Shown here: positions 39,401 through 51,951 of the stretch, in pieces | Layout of the letters: every line of letters begins with the position of its first letter | How positions within the stretch are numbered: position 1 is the first letter of the stretch | Assembly (NCBI GenBank): GCA_002269645.1 | Contig: NIVC01002822.1 | Span: 1 to 64,000 of the forward strand | Length of the DNA stretch: 64,000 nt | Source: Macrostomum lignano | Lineage: Eukaryota | Direction of reading: 5' to 3' | The notes under the pieces: model-generated | Told to the model about the DNA's origin: nothing | Database searches by the model: none | The model's input: the letters and a program-made list of their open reading frames with translations, nothing else | Translations under genes and position numbers: made by a program

Positions 39401-41158
39401 TTGGTTTGCAACTGGGACTGATTGGTTTGCAACTGGGACTGATTGGTTTGCAACTGGGACTGATTGGTTTGCAACTGGGACTGATTGGTTTGCAACTGGG
39501 ACTGATTGGTTTGCAACTGGGACTGATTGGTTTGCAACTGGGACTGATTGGTTTGCAACTGGGACTGATTGGTTTGCAACTGGGACTGATTGGTTTGCAA
39601 CTGGGACTGATTGGTTTGCAACTGGGACTGATTGGTTTGCAACTGGGACTGATTGGTTTGCAACTGGGACTGATTGGTTTGCAACTGGGACTGATTGGTT
39701 TGCAACTGGGACTGATTGGTTTGCAACTGGGACTGATTGGTTTGCAACTGGGACTGATTGGTTTGCAACTGGGACTGATTGGTTTGCAACTGGGACTGAT
39801 TGGTTTGCAACTGGGACTGATTGGTTTGCAACTGGGACTGATTGGTTTGCAACTGGGACTGATTGGTTTGCAACTGGGACTGATTGGTTTGCAACTGGGA
39901 CTGATTGGTTTGCAACTGGGACTGATTGGTTTGCAACTGGGACTGATTGGTTTGCAACTGGGACTGATTGGTTTGCAACTGGGACTGATTGGTTTGCAAC
40001 TGGGACTGATTGGTTTGCAACTGGGACTGATTGGTTTGAAACTGGGACCTCACCTGAGTATTCCTGAGCCGCCCAGCCTCCTGCAGGTCCACATAGCCCA
40101 GAACTCTGCGGTGGATCTCCAGCAGGTCGTTGAGCAGCAGGGGTCCCGGCTTTCTCAACAGGCTGCTATTGAGAAACATGAGAGCGGCGTCGAGGCCCAG
40201 AACTTCGTTGTGCTCAAGCAGGCTCTTGCCGCCAACTGCGATGCGGGTCTCCAGGATGGCGCGGGTCTGCGCCAGGTCCAGCGTGTTGCCCTCGATGGCG
40301 TTGCTGTGGTACACGTAGCGGAAGTAGTGCTCCTTCTTCAGCCGGCGGAGGCCCGGGTGCGTCTCCGGGATGTGGTAGTACTGGTACACCTTCTGGTCGA
40401 TGCGGTTGAACCTGGCCTGGTCGATCTGCTCAACCAGGGGCAGAGTTCGCTTGCGGGAGGCCTTGGCCTGGGGACGGCGGAGGGTGAGAAAGTGGGACAG
40501 ATTGTGCACTGTGCAGGCTACTGCTGGCATTACGACTATCTAGGTATTATTGCTCTTTCTGGGGATCAGGGATTACCGATGGCATTCCTGAGGATTAGGG
40601 ACATTGGATTACTGGGGATTTGAGATATTGGATTACTTGGGATTAGGGACATTGGATTACTGGGGATTTGAGATATTGGATTACTTGGGACATTGGATTG
40701 CCGATGGGATTCCTGGGGATTTGGGATATCAGATTATCGTTGGGATCGTGGGGGCTTGGGATATTGGATTACCGATGGGATTCCTGGGAATTGGGGATAT
40801 TTTGGGATAGATTTGGGATATTGGATTACCGATGGGATTCTGTGAGGATATTTGGGGGATGTGAAGTGACACGCGATCTGGGATATCAGTCTGGCTCCGA
40901 GCAGGATGTCAGGTAAGCCAAGACTCACCTTCTCATTGGTGGGATCAGTCAGCAGCGCTTTGCCGTAGTAGTGCTCAGCTTTCACATAATCGGGCGGTCG
41001 GTGGTGCTCAAACACCTCCCCGTAGGCAGCCATGGCCTCGGCATCGTACGGGTTGAGCTGCCTGGCGTGCTCAAGCAGCCGCTTGGCCTTGGCCAGGTTG
41101 CCAGTCCGGAGAAACTCCCGGGCCAGCCTGAGAGTGCTGTTGGCCTCGCGGACCAGGT
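36403..41158 (-). CDS. FICD: FICD/HYPE protein adenylyltransferase; exons 41158-40929, 40467-40054, 39302-39121, 36676-36403
   Basis: TPR region ([15 protein letters not shown]...KALLTDP), inhibitory helix YHSNAIEGN, Fic motif [12 protein letters not shown] and C-terminal [14 protein letters not shown] match metazoan FICD. GT-AG junctions join in frame. Confidence 0.96.
36780..38995. repeat. 20-22-bp tandem array in a FICD intron
   Basis: (ggcaccaaggaatcctgaaaat)n variants. Confidence 0.97.
39320..40050. repeat. Near-perfect 21-bp array (~35 units) filling FICD intron 39303-40053
   Basis: (aactgggactgattggtttgc)n. Confidence 0.98.
40595..40850. repeat. Degenerate repeat in FICD intron 40468-40928
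   Basis: gggacattggattac / gagatattggattac units. Confidence 0.8.
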
Positions 41159-41289
41159 CTGGGCGGAGGGTTGCAGCTTAGAATTATTTTTGATATGCGT
41201 CTATGCATTATTGGCTGTTTTGACTGGGACAGGAGTACCTTTGCTTTGTTTGTAGTCTTAGTACCCAGATACATGCACTGATATCTTAT

Positions 41290-43500
41290 AATCCACTCTA
41301 TCTGAATTCTGAAATCTCACCAATAACCAGTCTGAAATCCCATTGATAATCCAGGATTCCAATCTGTCTGAACACTTATCGATAATCCAATTTGTCTTGG
41401 AAATCCCATCGATAATCCAATCTGAAATCCCATCGATAATACAATCTATCTGAAATCCCATTGATAATCCAGGATTCCAATCTGTCTGAACACTTATCGA
41501 TAATCCAATTTGTCTTGGAAATCCCATCGATAATCCAATCTGAAATCCCATCGATAATACAATCTATCTGAAATCCCATTGATAATCCAGGATTCCAATC
41601 TGTCTGAACACTTATCGATAATCCAATTTGTCTTGGAAATCCCATCGATAATCCAATCTGAAATCCCATCGATAATACAATCTATCTGAAATCCCATTGA
41701 TAATCCAGGATTCCAATCTGTCTGAACACTTATCGATAATCCAATTTGTCTTGGAAATCCCATCGATAATCCAATCTATCTGAAATCCCATCGATAATAC
41801 AATCTATCTGAAATCCAATCGATAATACAATCTATCTGAAATCCCATCGATAATCCAATCTATCTGAAATCCCATCGATAATACAATCTATCTGAAATCC
41901 CATCGATAATACAATCTATCTGAAATCCCATCGATAATACAATCTATCTGAAATCCCATCGATAATACAATCTATCTGAAATCCCATCGATAATACAATC
42001 TATCTGAAATCCCATCGATAATACAATCTATCTAAAATCCCATCGATAATCCAATCTATCTGAAATCCCATCGATAATACAATCTATCTGAAATCCCATC
42101 GATAATACAATCTATCTGAAATCCCATCGATAATACAATCTATCTGAAATCCCATCGATAATACAATCTATCTGAAATCCCATCGATAATACAATATATT
42201 TGAAATCCCATCGATAATACAATCTATCTGAAATCCAATCGATAATCCAATCTATCTGAAATCCCATCGATAATACAATATATTTGAAATCCAATCGATA
42301 ATACAATATATCTGAAATCCCATCGATAATACAATCTATCTGAAATCCCATCGATAATACAATCTATTTGAAATCCCATCGATAATCCAATCTATTTGAA
42401 ATCCCATCGATAATCCAATCTATCTGAAATCCCATCGATAATACAATCTATCTGAAATCCCATCGATAATACAATCTATCTAAAATCCCATCGATAATAC
42501 AATCTATCTGAAATCCCATCGATAATACAATCTATTTGAAATACAATCGATAATACAATCTATCTGAAATCCCATCGATAATACAATATATTTGAAATCC
42601 AATCGATAATCCAATCTATCTGAAATCCCATCGATAATACAATCTATCTGAAATCCCATCGATAATACAATCTATCTGAAATCCCATCGATAATCCAATC
42701 TATCTGAAATCCAATCGATAATACAATCTATCTGAAATACAATCGATAATACAATCTATCTGAAATACAATCGATAATACAATCTATCTGAAATACAATC
42801 GATAATACAATCTATCTGAAATCCCATCGATAATACAATCTATTTGAAATCCCATCGATAATCCAATCTATTTGAAATCCCATCGATAATCCAATCTATC
42901 TGAAATCCCATCGATAATACAATCTATCTGAAATCCCATCGATAATACAATCTATCTGAAATCCCATCGATAATACAATCTATCTGAAATCCCATCGATA
43001 ATACAATATATTTGAAATCCAATCGATAATCCAATCTATCTGAAATCCCATCGATAATACAATCTATTTGAAATACAATCGATAATACAATCTATCTGAA
43101 ATCCAATCGATAATCCAATCTATCTGAAATCCCATCGATAATACAATCTATCTGAAATCCCATCGATAATACAATATATTTGAAATCCAATCGATAATCC
43201 AATCTATCTGAAATCCAATCGATAATACAATCTATCTGAAATACAATCGATAATCCAATCTATCTGAAATCCCATCGATAATCCAATCTATTTGAAATCC
43301 CATCGATAATACAATCTATCTGAAATCCAATCGATAATACAATCTATCTGAAATCCCATCGATAATCCAATCTATCTGAAATCCCATCGATAATCCAATC
43401 TATTTGAAATCCCATCGATAATACAATCTATCTGAAATACAATCGATAATCCAATCTGTTTGAAATCCCATCGATAATCCAATCTGAAATCCCATCAATT
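41290..43500. repeat. 118-bp higher-order repeat (~4 units) grading into a 25-bp monomer array
   Basis: 118-bp periodicity to ~41760, then (atcgataatacaatctatctgaaatccc)-type units. Confidence 0.95.
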
Positions 43501-46500
43501 ATCCAATCGATTCTAAGTCCCTAAATACCCACTGTATTTAGGAGGGCCTTCAATTATGGAGCAAAGCATCTTTTTGAATTACTAAACATATTAAATCCAG
43601 CCATAGTAGTTGTTTTTATATAAATATCTTGTCTATAGACACTATAAAGGTAATCTCAAGAGCCTTTCTGCCATAATAGGTTTCACTAGGTTCCAATTAT
43701 GGTCAAGGGTGAAATCATATTAGACACTTCTTTCAACATGCTAGACTGAATGCAAAAGTGCATAAAAAACAATGCTAAAGTGTAATAAACAAAAGCTATA
43801 GCTAGCCTTCTATTTTTTAACACACTTGAGCATTAGCATATTGGTGTACTAACATCAGTGCAGCTGCACTGATGCTGCCAGTTGCGTGCAGTCTGGCTGC
43901 CACAATGCCCAGCTTATTGCTTATATAGTCACCTATATTTAGTAGTCTAAATTGATAGCTAAATAAATTCATTCTAGATAAATTGCTATAATAGCAATTA
44001 TAAATGTGGACTAACTTCATTGTTTTATTTTCTTAGAAAAACTGCCACACAGGTAAGCACTTTGGTGGAGCCATGAATTGCAATGATTCAACTTGTGGAA
44101 ATATCTAGCTATAAGTAAATTCACTACTAGAAGCACATAGTATTTAATACTGAGCCTTGATATATGGATTCCCTTTAGCAGCCCTAAACTAATAGGCATG
44201 CATCTTTTTGTCCAATGAAATATGTCTAGACCAAATGCCAACCCTTAACCCTCTAAATTTGTAAGAATCAGGTTTAATCCATGTTTTATAAACTTGATTT
44301 TTAATCAATGCTCAACTTTTCTAAATGCCTCAAAGCCTCTTAAAGCAAGGACAGATTTAAGGGAGGGGGCACAAAGGGTATGCATCACTATTACTTCCAA
44401 CCAATTTAGGTTTGGTTTGATGCTGAATACATTTTTATAATACGCAAACTTTATATGTGAGCTCCCTATTAAAGAATTTCTATATCTGCCCATTTTAAAG
44501 CCTTAGTACTCAATTTGACCATAACCCTTAAAATTAAAACTTTTCAAATCCAAACTTCTTAGTCTTTAAATTCCCTAATTCTTTCCTTTCATTTATGAGC
44601 CATGATGTCAATATTTAATTCAATTTGGATTTTGATTTAATTTAATTTGTCTTGTCATCAGTACCTCTAAACAAGCAAACCAGTAAAAAACATTAAAATT
44701 TAATTTAAAAAATTTAAATTTTAAAATTAAAAAAATAATAATAAAAGAATTCCCCTGAGTGTATTCTTCAGCCAGAGGAACAGAATGTTCTGATTGGGAC
44801 TATAGGAGTTCTGTCAAATCATGGTGACAAAGCACTTATGTAGGAAACCCCAAGAGTTGCGCAGCATGTAGTCTAGCTTTCTTGTCAGGCTCCATGCTTT
44901 GATTGCACTTTTACTAGGCTTTTTGAATGCCCTATGTCGTAGGGCTCTTAATTATTCCTTTTGCTAGCCTTACTAGCTGCCACCAAAGTTGTTACAAAGC
45001 TATTTCTTCTTAACAATTCTACTGGTTGTTAATTGTAATTCTACTGGTAGCGCATGTACTTCTATTGGTAGCGTATGTACTTCTATTGATAGCGTATGTA
45101 CTTCTATTGTACTTTCTGGCCTGAGCGGTCTAATAGCACTGTCTATTCTATTCCTATGCTTCCCCTAATATTATTCTCTCAGTCCTGGGCGTTCCCTGGA
45201 TCAGAGGGTCACAGCTTATGCTCTTTCTCTGCCCTGAGGCGATCTTCTCTCGTTATGAGGCGGTTCTCCTGCCCTGAGGCGAATTTACAATTTACTGCCC
45301 TGAGGCGGTTTCTCGCTTGTAGCGGTTTCTGATACTCCCAATTGGGGTTCTTATACTCTAAGAAATGATTAAGTCTTTAAGCGATTTCAATATTTAGAAC
45401 GAACTAAATTTGCTTATCGAAAACCGAGAGGCAGCAAACGGTTGCAAACGGTTGCTTCCTCAAGTCTGCTCAGCGTGTCTATTTATACCCAAAATTCGTT
45501 ATAGTTTAAACAAAATAATAATTGCAGAAATATTTTTGCAAACCACAACATTCAAACAAATATTTCGCGCAGATTTGAATAAAGGTTTTTCTAATAAAGG
45601 CAAACATAAAACAAGTAAAATTTAAAAGTATTAGAGCTATTATTAATGCCTGTCTCACTATAGACACTCAGGGTTTTAAACCTGACTCTAAGTGAGTTTT
45701 TCTTGTAGCAAGCCAGTTTTTTTAGTAATAGTTTGTTTTATAATTATGGCCATTTTTATTTAAGACTCTTGTTCCATTTGAAGTATTTTGCATATCTTAT
45801 ATCTGTCTTATCATTATTTCAATCCATATCACAGCATCAAAGATTGGGCATTCCTTCAGTTACAATCATTGAAAATTGAAACAATCTCTATTAGAAAGAT
45901 ATAAGAAAACAAAACATGTGTCATTTTAATCATAGATCAAACCAACAATCCAAAGTCACTATAATCTTTATTTTTCAGTCATCAAAGGATCCAATGCCAA
46001 ATACATGTAGAATGAAATGATACATAGCGATAGTAAGATGTTCATACTATGCAGGTGTTTGTTGAAGATAATCCTATATATCCACTTTAGTTTACAATAA
46101 TTTAAATAGGAGAAATACATGTAAATGATCCCTATAGGAAAAAGTTGTAAAACCGCAGACGTTGTCCGGCGCACTTTTGAAATTTTTCTTAAAATTTCCT
46201 ACGCGTGCGCTGCCCTTTCTTACTGGCTGCTGCTCTAGCAAATACAAATACATGTAATGGGAATATTACCTCTGTTGAAGGGGCTTATACACTCGTAATT
46301 TATTAAGCTTAGAGATGTTCCAAAAAATTCAATTTCAATTTTCCAAAATTTGAAATTTTTTAGAGTGAATATCAATTTCGAAAAAAAATTAGAAGTGAAA
46401 TTTTGGTAGTATCTAAAAAGTCACTAAAAATAAACTACTTTCTACTACATATAAATGTTTTACTTTTTGCTTAAGCAGTAAATTGAAAGTAAAAAAAGTG

Positions 46501-47770
46501 AGTGTTGATCATACTAAACTTTGTTTTTCTGAATTATGATTTCAGGAAATTTCAATTTTGATTATGGAAAGTTAGCAAATTTTGATTTTGACAAAACTGC
46601 AGATTGTTTGGAACATCTCTAATAATCCTAAAGTGCGGTAAAATAGTTTGACTCTTTTCTAAAGCAAGCGTCTGGGGTTGTTTAACATTTATTCCAATAG
46701 GGTAAATGATCATGAACTGAAACTAAGGGGATTTCACTATCATTTCACGTTCTAGAACTCTTAATTGAAGAGGATCTTTAGTGAAATGGGTGCCTGTGCC
46801 TTCCCACTGTGTCCCCTCTGGGACAGCCCTGCAGCTAAGAAGAGGATCTTATATATCCACTTTGGTTTACAATCAGTTTAAATGGGATAAAAAATATATA
46901 TATAAATGATTGCGAACAGAAGCTAAGGAGGTTTGATATAAATTGATCCCTATCTAAATACATACTACCTTCAGTTCAGGATCATTTACATTTATTTCTC
47001 CCATTTAAATGATTGTAAATTGAAGCTAAGGGGGGTAGTAATGACATGTTATATTCTAATTCATTTGTCTTCTCTCCACAGAACTCTGCAAATAATATAT
47101 AGACTTGAGTCTAAAGTGCCATATAGTGCATGGTCAACTATTATTGCACTATATATATGATGAATGGTTTAAAAGTCAAGAAGACAGCATCATATCATTT
47201 ATAGCAAACCCCTTTAGCTTTGGTTTACAATCATTTATTTCTTTTTGAATGATTATAAACCAAAGTAGATATATAGGATCTTTTTCAACAAATAGTTTTA
47301 TGAAATGATAGACAAAACCAAAGTGGATATATAGGATCCTTGTCTTTGCCATATGCCATGAGAGAAACTATAAGTTGGCTATTCTTTAGTTTTTCTAATG
47401 AAATGAATAAGCCTAGTTTAACACATTTTTTGTTGCACACCTGCTCAATTTTTTTTGCGCGATGGCTAGCCTTGTTAAACTTACAGCCTGAGAATTGAAA
47501 GCCTAACTCTCCGCGGCTGGCCAGCCAACTAATGGTAACAAGAGAACTCTGTTAGCGCGCCTGAAAAGTCTGCAAGGTAGAGACCCTGAACAAGACGACT
47601 CAACCAGCAGACAAGAAGAATCAACTGACAGCGAGACCAACAGCCAACCGCAGCCCCAGCCACCGCCCCTCAACCGCCACCGCTCGACGAAGGGTCAGGA
47701 CCTGCGCGATGAGATCGAAGCGACCGAGGAACGCATCAGGCTACTGAGGCTCCAAAAGGAGGAAGCGAAA

Positions 47771-48469
47771 TTGACAGCCAAGCTCAGCGGCAGACGCCAT
47801 GGCACGAAGACGTATGGTAAGCCAGCTTTTTCTGCTAGTTGGGGCGCCGCCCATTCTGCCTTGGAGAATATTCCCCTCCTGGAGCAAGATGCTGACCCCA
47901 CGAAGAGGGGCCCACTTCTCATACCTGACTTCGTCGAAGACTCCGGAAATGTCAGCGCTGGCAATAAGAAAGGAACAAATACCAGACAGAAGCCTCTGGA
48001 GCAGATTAGCATCGGCGAGTAGATAAGTGCGAATGCGAGAATTCTCCAGTCCCTGATCGAATCTGGCGAGATGATTGACTGGGAAGCGCGCACTGCTCCA
48101 AGGTTGCATGAGTACCTTGCCTACAACCGCCAGTTAGGCGAACTGCTGAATAGTGGATTTGATGTCAGTAATGTCCTGCTCTATGATGACAGCTTTCGGA
48201 GGCTCCAGCATGAAACCAGTCGTCACTGGGACAACGAGTCTTTCCAGTTGCTCTCACGACACCTGCTTGCTCCGAATCGGCTTAGCGCTATAGACAGCAA
48301 CTTGCAGCGTAGAAAGCAGCCACAGAATAGGAGGAATCGCCAAATCTGCCTGCTCTTCAACCGCAATACCGGCTGTAAGTTCGGCGAGAAATGCAAATTT
48401 CAGCATGCTTGCGTCATCTGCAGAAGGGACCATCCGGGTCATCTGCACGCTTCAGCGTCAAAAAACTAG
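47771..48469 (+). pseudogene. Ngaro gag-like ORF1 with in-frame stop
   Basis: GE*ISANARIL...VLLYDDSFRRLQ...CLLFNRNTGCKFGEKCKFQH; TAG at 48020-48022 splits one reading frame. Confidence 0.75.
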
Positions 48470-50181
48470 ATGACCGCCCGCCCGCCATTGTAAATAGTTC
48501 ATCAATCCGCGATTTTATTCCTGATAATTTTCCTACATCCAGCTGCGGTGACATGCGCTTTTGTGAATGGTCGAAGTATCTTGATGAAGACAGAGATGCC
48601 GAGTTTCTCTTAAATGGTATTAGTGCCAGGTTTATGATCACTGATGATACCAAATTCTGCGAAAGCTTTAAGCCTAACTACAACTCTGCGCTCGCGCACC
48701 AGGAGCTCGTGGATAAGCAAATTAAAGAAGAGCTAAGAACAGGCCGCTATGTGATGTCTTCCACAAAGCCTACGAAGGTCAGCCCGCTGGCAGCAATCCC
48801 TAAGGGCAGCTCATCAATCCGGCTGATTCACGACGCCAGCGCTCCGTATGGAAATTCTATCAACAGTCACTACCATCAGCAGGAACGCATCCGCTTTCAG
48901 TCTATCGATGAATTTTATCGTCTGCTCCGTCCTGGCTGCTTTGTGGCAAAAGTCGACATCAAGCATGCCTATCGCTCCGTTGGCATTCACCCTTCTTGCT
49001 ACCCGGCAGCCAGTCTACAATGGAAATTCAAAGGAGCCGACTCGCTGTGCTACCTGGTTGACACCCGGCTGATGTTTGGCGCAGCTGCCTCCATGTCCAT
49101 TTTTCACAGAATCTCGCAGGCGATTGTCCGAATTATGCAGCGGTCTGGCTTTAGCAATGTCGTTGGTTATTTGGACAACTTTGGCCTTGCCTTTGACAGT
49201 AGAGCCAAGTGTGAAGAGGCCTTTGAGTTTTTAACTGGCCTTCTCCAACGTCTCGGGTTTGACATCAACTGGGAGAAGAGCAGCGCCCCAGCCCAGACCG
49301 TCACCTACCTCGGTGTGAACATCGACACGAGTTCTAGTTTGCTTTGCCTGCCCGATGATAAGATCGATCTGACTGTCAACCTCGTCCAGCAGATGAAGCT
49401 GAAGTCTCGGTTGACTAAGCGGGAGCTTCAGAAGCTGTGTGGCAAGATTAACTGGTGGTGCCAGGTCGCTCCTCCCGTGGGTAGAAGTTTCCTGCGCAAC
49501 CTTATCTCCAGAGTTAACTCTCTAGCTCATCCTAGGCACTGCGTCCGTATGGATGAGTCGCTGCGTGGCAAGCTGGAGTGGTGGACCCTGGCTATCCGAA
49601 AGCTGAATGGCCGCGAGCTCTGGCCCAAGTATCTCAATGAGTGGGTGCTGGAGAGTGACTCATCCGAGAAGGCGGGCGGCTGCATTGTCCGCAGCCACAA
49701 TTTTTGTGACTGGATCTTCATCGACTGGGAGAAGGACTTCAATGGCCAGTTTGCCAAGTACCCGATCAACTACAAAGAAGCTCTCGTGTCGCTTCTCACT
49801 CTGATGGTGCTGCGCCCGCTGCTGAGCCAGTGCAAGGTCGTATGCTACGTTGACAATGACCCAGCTGTCTTCATCCTCAACAAGGCTGCTTCTAAGGACC
49901 CTGAGCTGCTGCGCCTGCTTCAGACCATTGGTCTCTTCTGTTTCGCTAACAAAGTTGTGTTAAGCTTCTTTTATGTGCCGGGCTGGTTTCAGACCTATGC
50001 TGACCCCATTTTGCGTCTTCATTCTCGGAGTGGCCTCATTAACTTTTGCATGCATTTTTATGGCACTGTGCAAGTGTGCCCGCTTGAATTTGCCTCCCAC
50101 GCGCTGGCCTCTGCTGCCTCCCATTTTCTGCTTTTACAGGTCCTGACCCTGCGGTGCGGCGGCTGCAGGCGGCTCGTCTAA
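48391..50181 (+). CDS. Ngaro RT-RNase H ORF (catalytic motif YLDN)
   Basis: AKVDIKHAYR, LMFG, YLDN, TYLG; RNase H-like ESDSS / NYKEA / YVDN / YAD. Confidence 0.9.
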   Translation: MQISACLRHLQKGPSGSSARFSVKKLDDRPPAIVNSSSIRDFIPDNFPTSSCGDMRFCEWSKYLDEDRDAEFLLNGISARFMITDDTKFCESFKPNYNSALAHQELVDKQIKEELRTGRYVMSSTKPTKVSPLAAIPKGSSSIRLIHDASAPYGNSINSHYHQQERIRFQSIDEFYRLLRPGCFVAKVDIKHAYRSVGIHPSCYPAASLQWKFKGADSLCYLVDTRLMFGAAASMSIFHRISQAIVRIMQRSGFSNVVGYLDNFGLAFDSRAKCEEAFEFLTGLLQRLGFDINWEKSSAPAQTVTYLGVNIDTSSSLLCLPDDKIDLTVNLVQQMKLKSRLTKRELQKLCGKINWWCQVAPPVGRSFLRNLISRVNSLAHPRHCVRMDESLRGKLEWWTLAIRKLNGRELWPKYLNEWVLESDSSEKAGGCIVRSHNFCDWIFIDWEKDFNGQFAKYPINYKEALVSLLTLMVLRPLLSQCKVVCYVDNDPAVFILNKAASKDPELLRLLQTIGLFCFANKVVLSFFYVPGWFQTYADPILRLHSRSGLINFCMHFYGTVQVCPLEFASHALASAASHFLLLQVLTLRCGGCRRLV

Positions 50182-51173
50182 TCGAGTTGTCTCTGGCGGA
50201 GTCGACACGGCTGACCTACGAGTCTGTCTGGCGAGCCTGGTGTCGTTTCTGTCAAGGGCTAAATGAACGACCTGAGCAGCCCATGGTGGAGCTTCTCGTT
50301 CTCTACCTGTCCAACATCTCTCTTCGCCTACTTTCGTTCAACAGTGTTCAGCTTCATCTGCAAGCGTTGAGCTGGTATTGCCGCTGCCTTGGTCTTGACA
50401 AAGTCGCGCGAGCTCCAATTCTGCCACTCATCCTAAAAGGAATCAGACGGGACCTAAGCAAGTCGTGGACCCCAGCCACTAAGCAACCACTCCGGCTGGA
50501 GCATCTGATGCGCATTCGCCAGCACCTGCTGCTGTCAGATCCGGCAGATGCTGCTCTGTGGGCTCTCGTGCTCACGGGCTGGTTCGGCATGCTTTGCCTC
50601 GATAATCTGTGCGCCCGCAAGAAATTGGGTGACTCGGCGAGCGCGATAAGGTTATCTGATGTCAAGTTCAGCTGCGCTGGTGTTACCATCTTTGTAGCCC
50701 ATTCAAAGACAGTGCAGTTCGGTGAGCGCATTCACACCATCCAGCTCCCGGTCATGGGCCCGAGCTCAGCAGCTGCTCTCAGATTGTGTCCTGTGGCTGC
50801 GCTCCGACATCACTGGCAGCTGAATTGCCTTTTTGATGCGTCTCACAGTCTGCCCATATTCTCAGTTTCATCAGCGCCGCAATCCTGGCGGCCTCTGACT
50901 CAGCGGGGGGTTCGCCACCGCCTGCATCGCCTGTTCTGCAAGGCCGGACTGGAAGCTTCTAGCTTCTCGGCGCACTCGCTCCGGCGTGGTGGAGCAACGT
51001 TTGCTTTCAATGTTGGGTTGAGCGTGGACCGCATCAAGCTGCTAGGAGATTGGTGCAGCTCGGCGGTTTCGCAGTATATCTCTGATGGCAATGCCGGTAA
51101 CCTAGCGGCCTGTCAATCTATGTCTGCTTGCCTTGGCTCCTACTGTTCATCATTTGCCTCCTCTCCCCTCTGA
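50154..51173 (+). CDS. Ngaro tyrosine recombinase ORF
   Basis: SAM-like N-terminus (LAESTRLTYESVWRAWCRFC), HSKT, HSLRRGGAT and GDW...QY; the first catalytic Arg position reads Cys (GMLCLDNL). Confidence 0.9.
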   Translation: MRRLQAARLIELSLAESTRLTYESVWRAWCRFCQGLNERPEQPMVELLVLYLSNISLRLLSFNSVQLHLQALSWYCRCLGLDKVARAPILPLILKGIRRDLSKSWTPATKQPLRLEHLMRIRQHLLLSDPADAALWALVLTGWFGMLCLDNLCARKKLGDSASAIRLSDVKFSCAGVTIFVAHSKTVQFGERIHTIQLPVMGPSSAAALRLCPVAALRHHWQLNCLFDASHSLPIFSVSSAPQSWRPLTQRGVRHRLHRLFCKAGLEASSFSAHSLRRGGATFAFNVGLSVDRIKLLGDWCSSAVSQYISDGNAGNLAACQSMSACLGSYCSSFASSPL

Positions 51174-51951
51174 CTCGCCTGCTTTTTGGAGTTTGGGGTT
51201 GCTCCCCTGCTCGCTGCTTTGTGCCCACGTTCTGTGTTCGGTCTTCGTCACTCGCCTAACCCCTAAGTGTGCTTTGTGGGCGGCCGTAGGCCGCGTACAA
51301 AGTGTGTTAGGGGTGGCGGGGTGGCGTCTGCGTTGGGGGGGGGGGTTGTCGCGGGGCGGCTAGCTTTTAACCCCCAGCTTGTGCTCTGCTCGCGGTGTTG
51401 CACACCTGCTCAATTTTTTTTAAAAAATTCGAAGTAATGCATTCTTTGATTCTTAGTGTCTTTTAAATACCAATTTCAAGTAATACGCTCGTAGTTCATC
51501 GAACAGCCTTTCAAATAAATAACTCGTCGAACAGCCAGGGGTTGCTCCCCTGCTCGCTGCTTTGTGCCCACGTTCTGCGTTCAGTCTTCGTCACTCGCCT
51601 AACCCCTAATAAGTTTATTAATTTTCTATTGCAAAAAAGCAATTTTAAAATGGTTAAAATCTTGCTATAATTGTTAAAAATATAATTTAAATAAGATCTA
51701 AAAATATCTAGTCATATTTAAAAACCAGATTTATATTAAAACATTTTAATAGTGTTAATAAACTAGTATTAATAAAAAAGTAAAATTTCTTAATTGTGCT
51801 TCTCTTCTTATTATACTTTTTGTAAAGATAAATCATAATGCATTCATTTAGTCATTATTTATTATTTTTACCATTGGCTATTCTTTATATTTCAGTCAAA
51901 AGTAGCTAATACAAATGTAGAATAAATAATAATAAATGAAACAAATTAAAG

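Larger units (their letters stand above)
47431..51609 (+). mobile_element. Tyrosine-recombinase retrotransposon (DIRS order, Ngaro/PAT-like split direct repeats)
   Basis: Gag with CCCH finger, RT/RNase H ORF and YR ORF in overlapping frames. Repeat A (26 bp) at 47431-47456 and 51396-51421; repeat B (72 bp) at 51195-51266 and 51538-51609. Confidence 0.93.

Noticed and set aside
39153-40623. ORFs with (QLGLIGL)n, (ATGTDWF)n or (QTNQSQL)n
   Set aside because: A 21-bp array between a canonical donor (40053) and acceptor (39303); splicing restores the normal FICD sequence RNTQ|VFI.
45960-47345. Dispersed AT-rich imperfect direct and inverted repeats (ctttggtttacaatcattt...aatgattataaaccaaag)
   Set aside because: Probably MITE debris; no termini or TSD could be defined.
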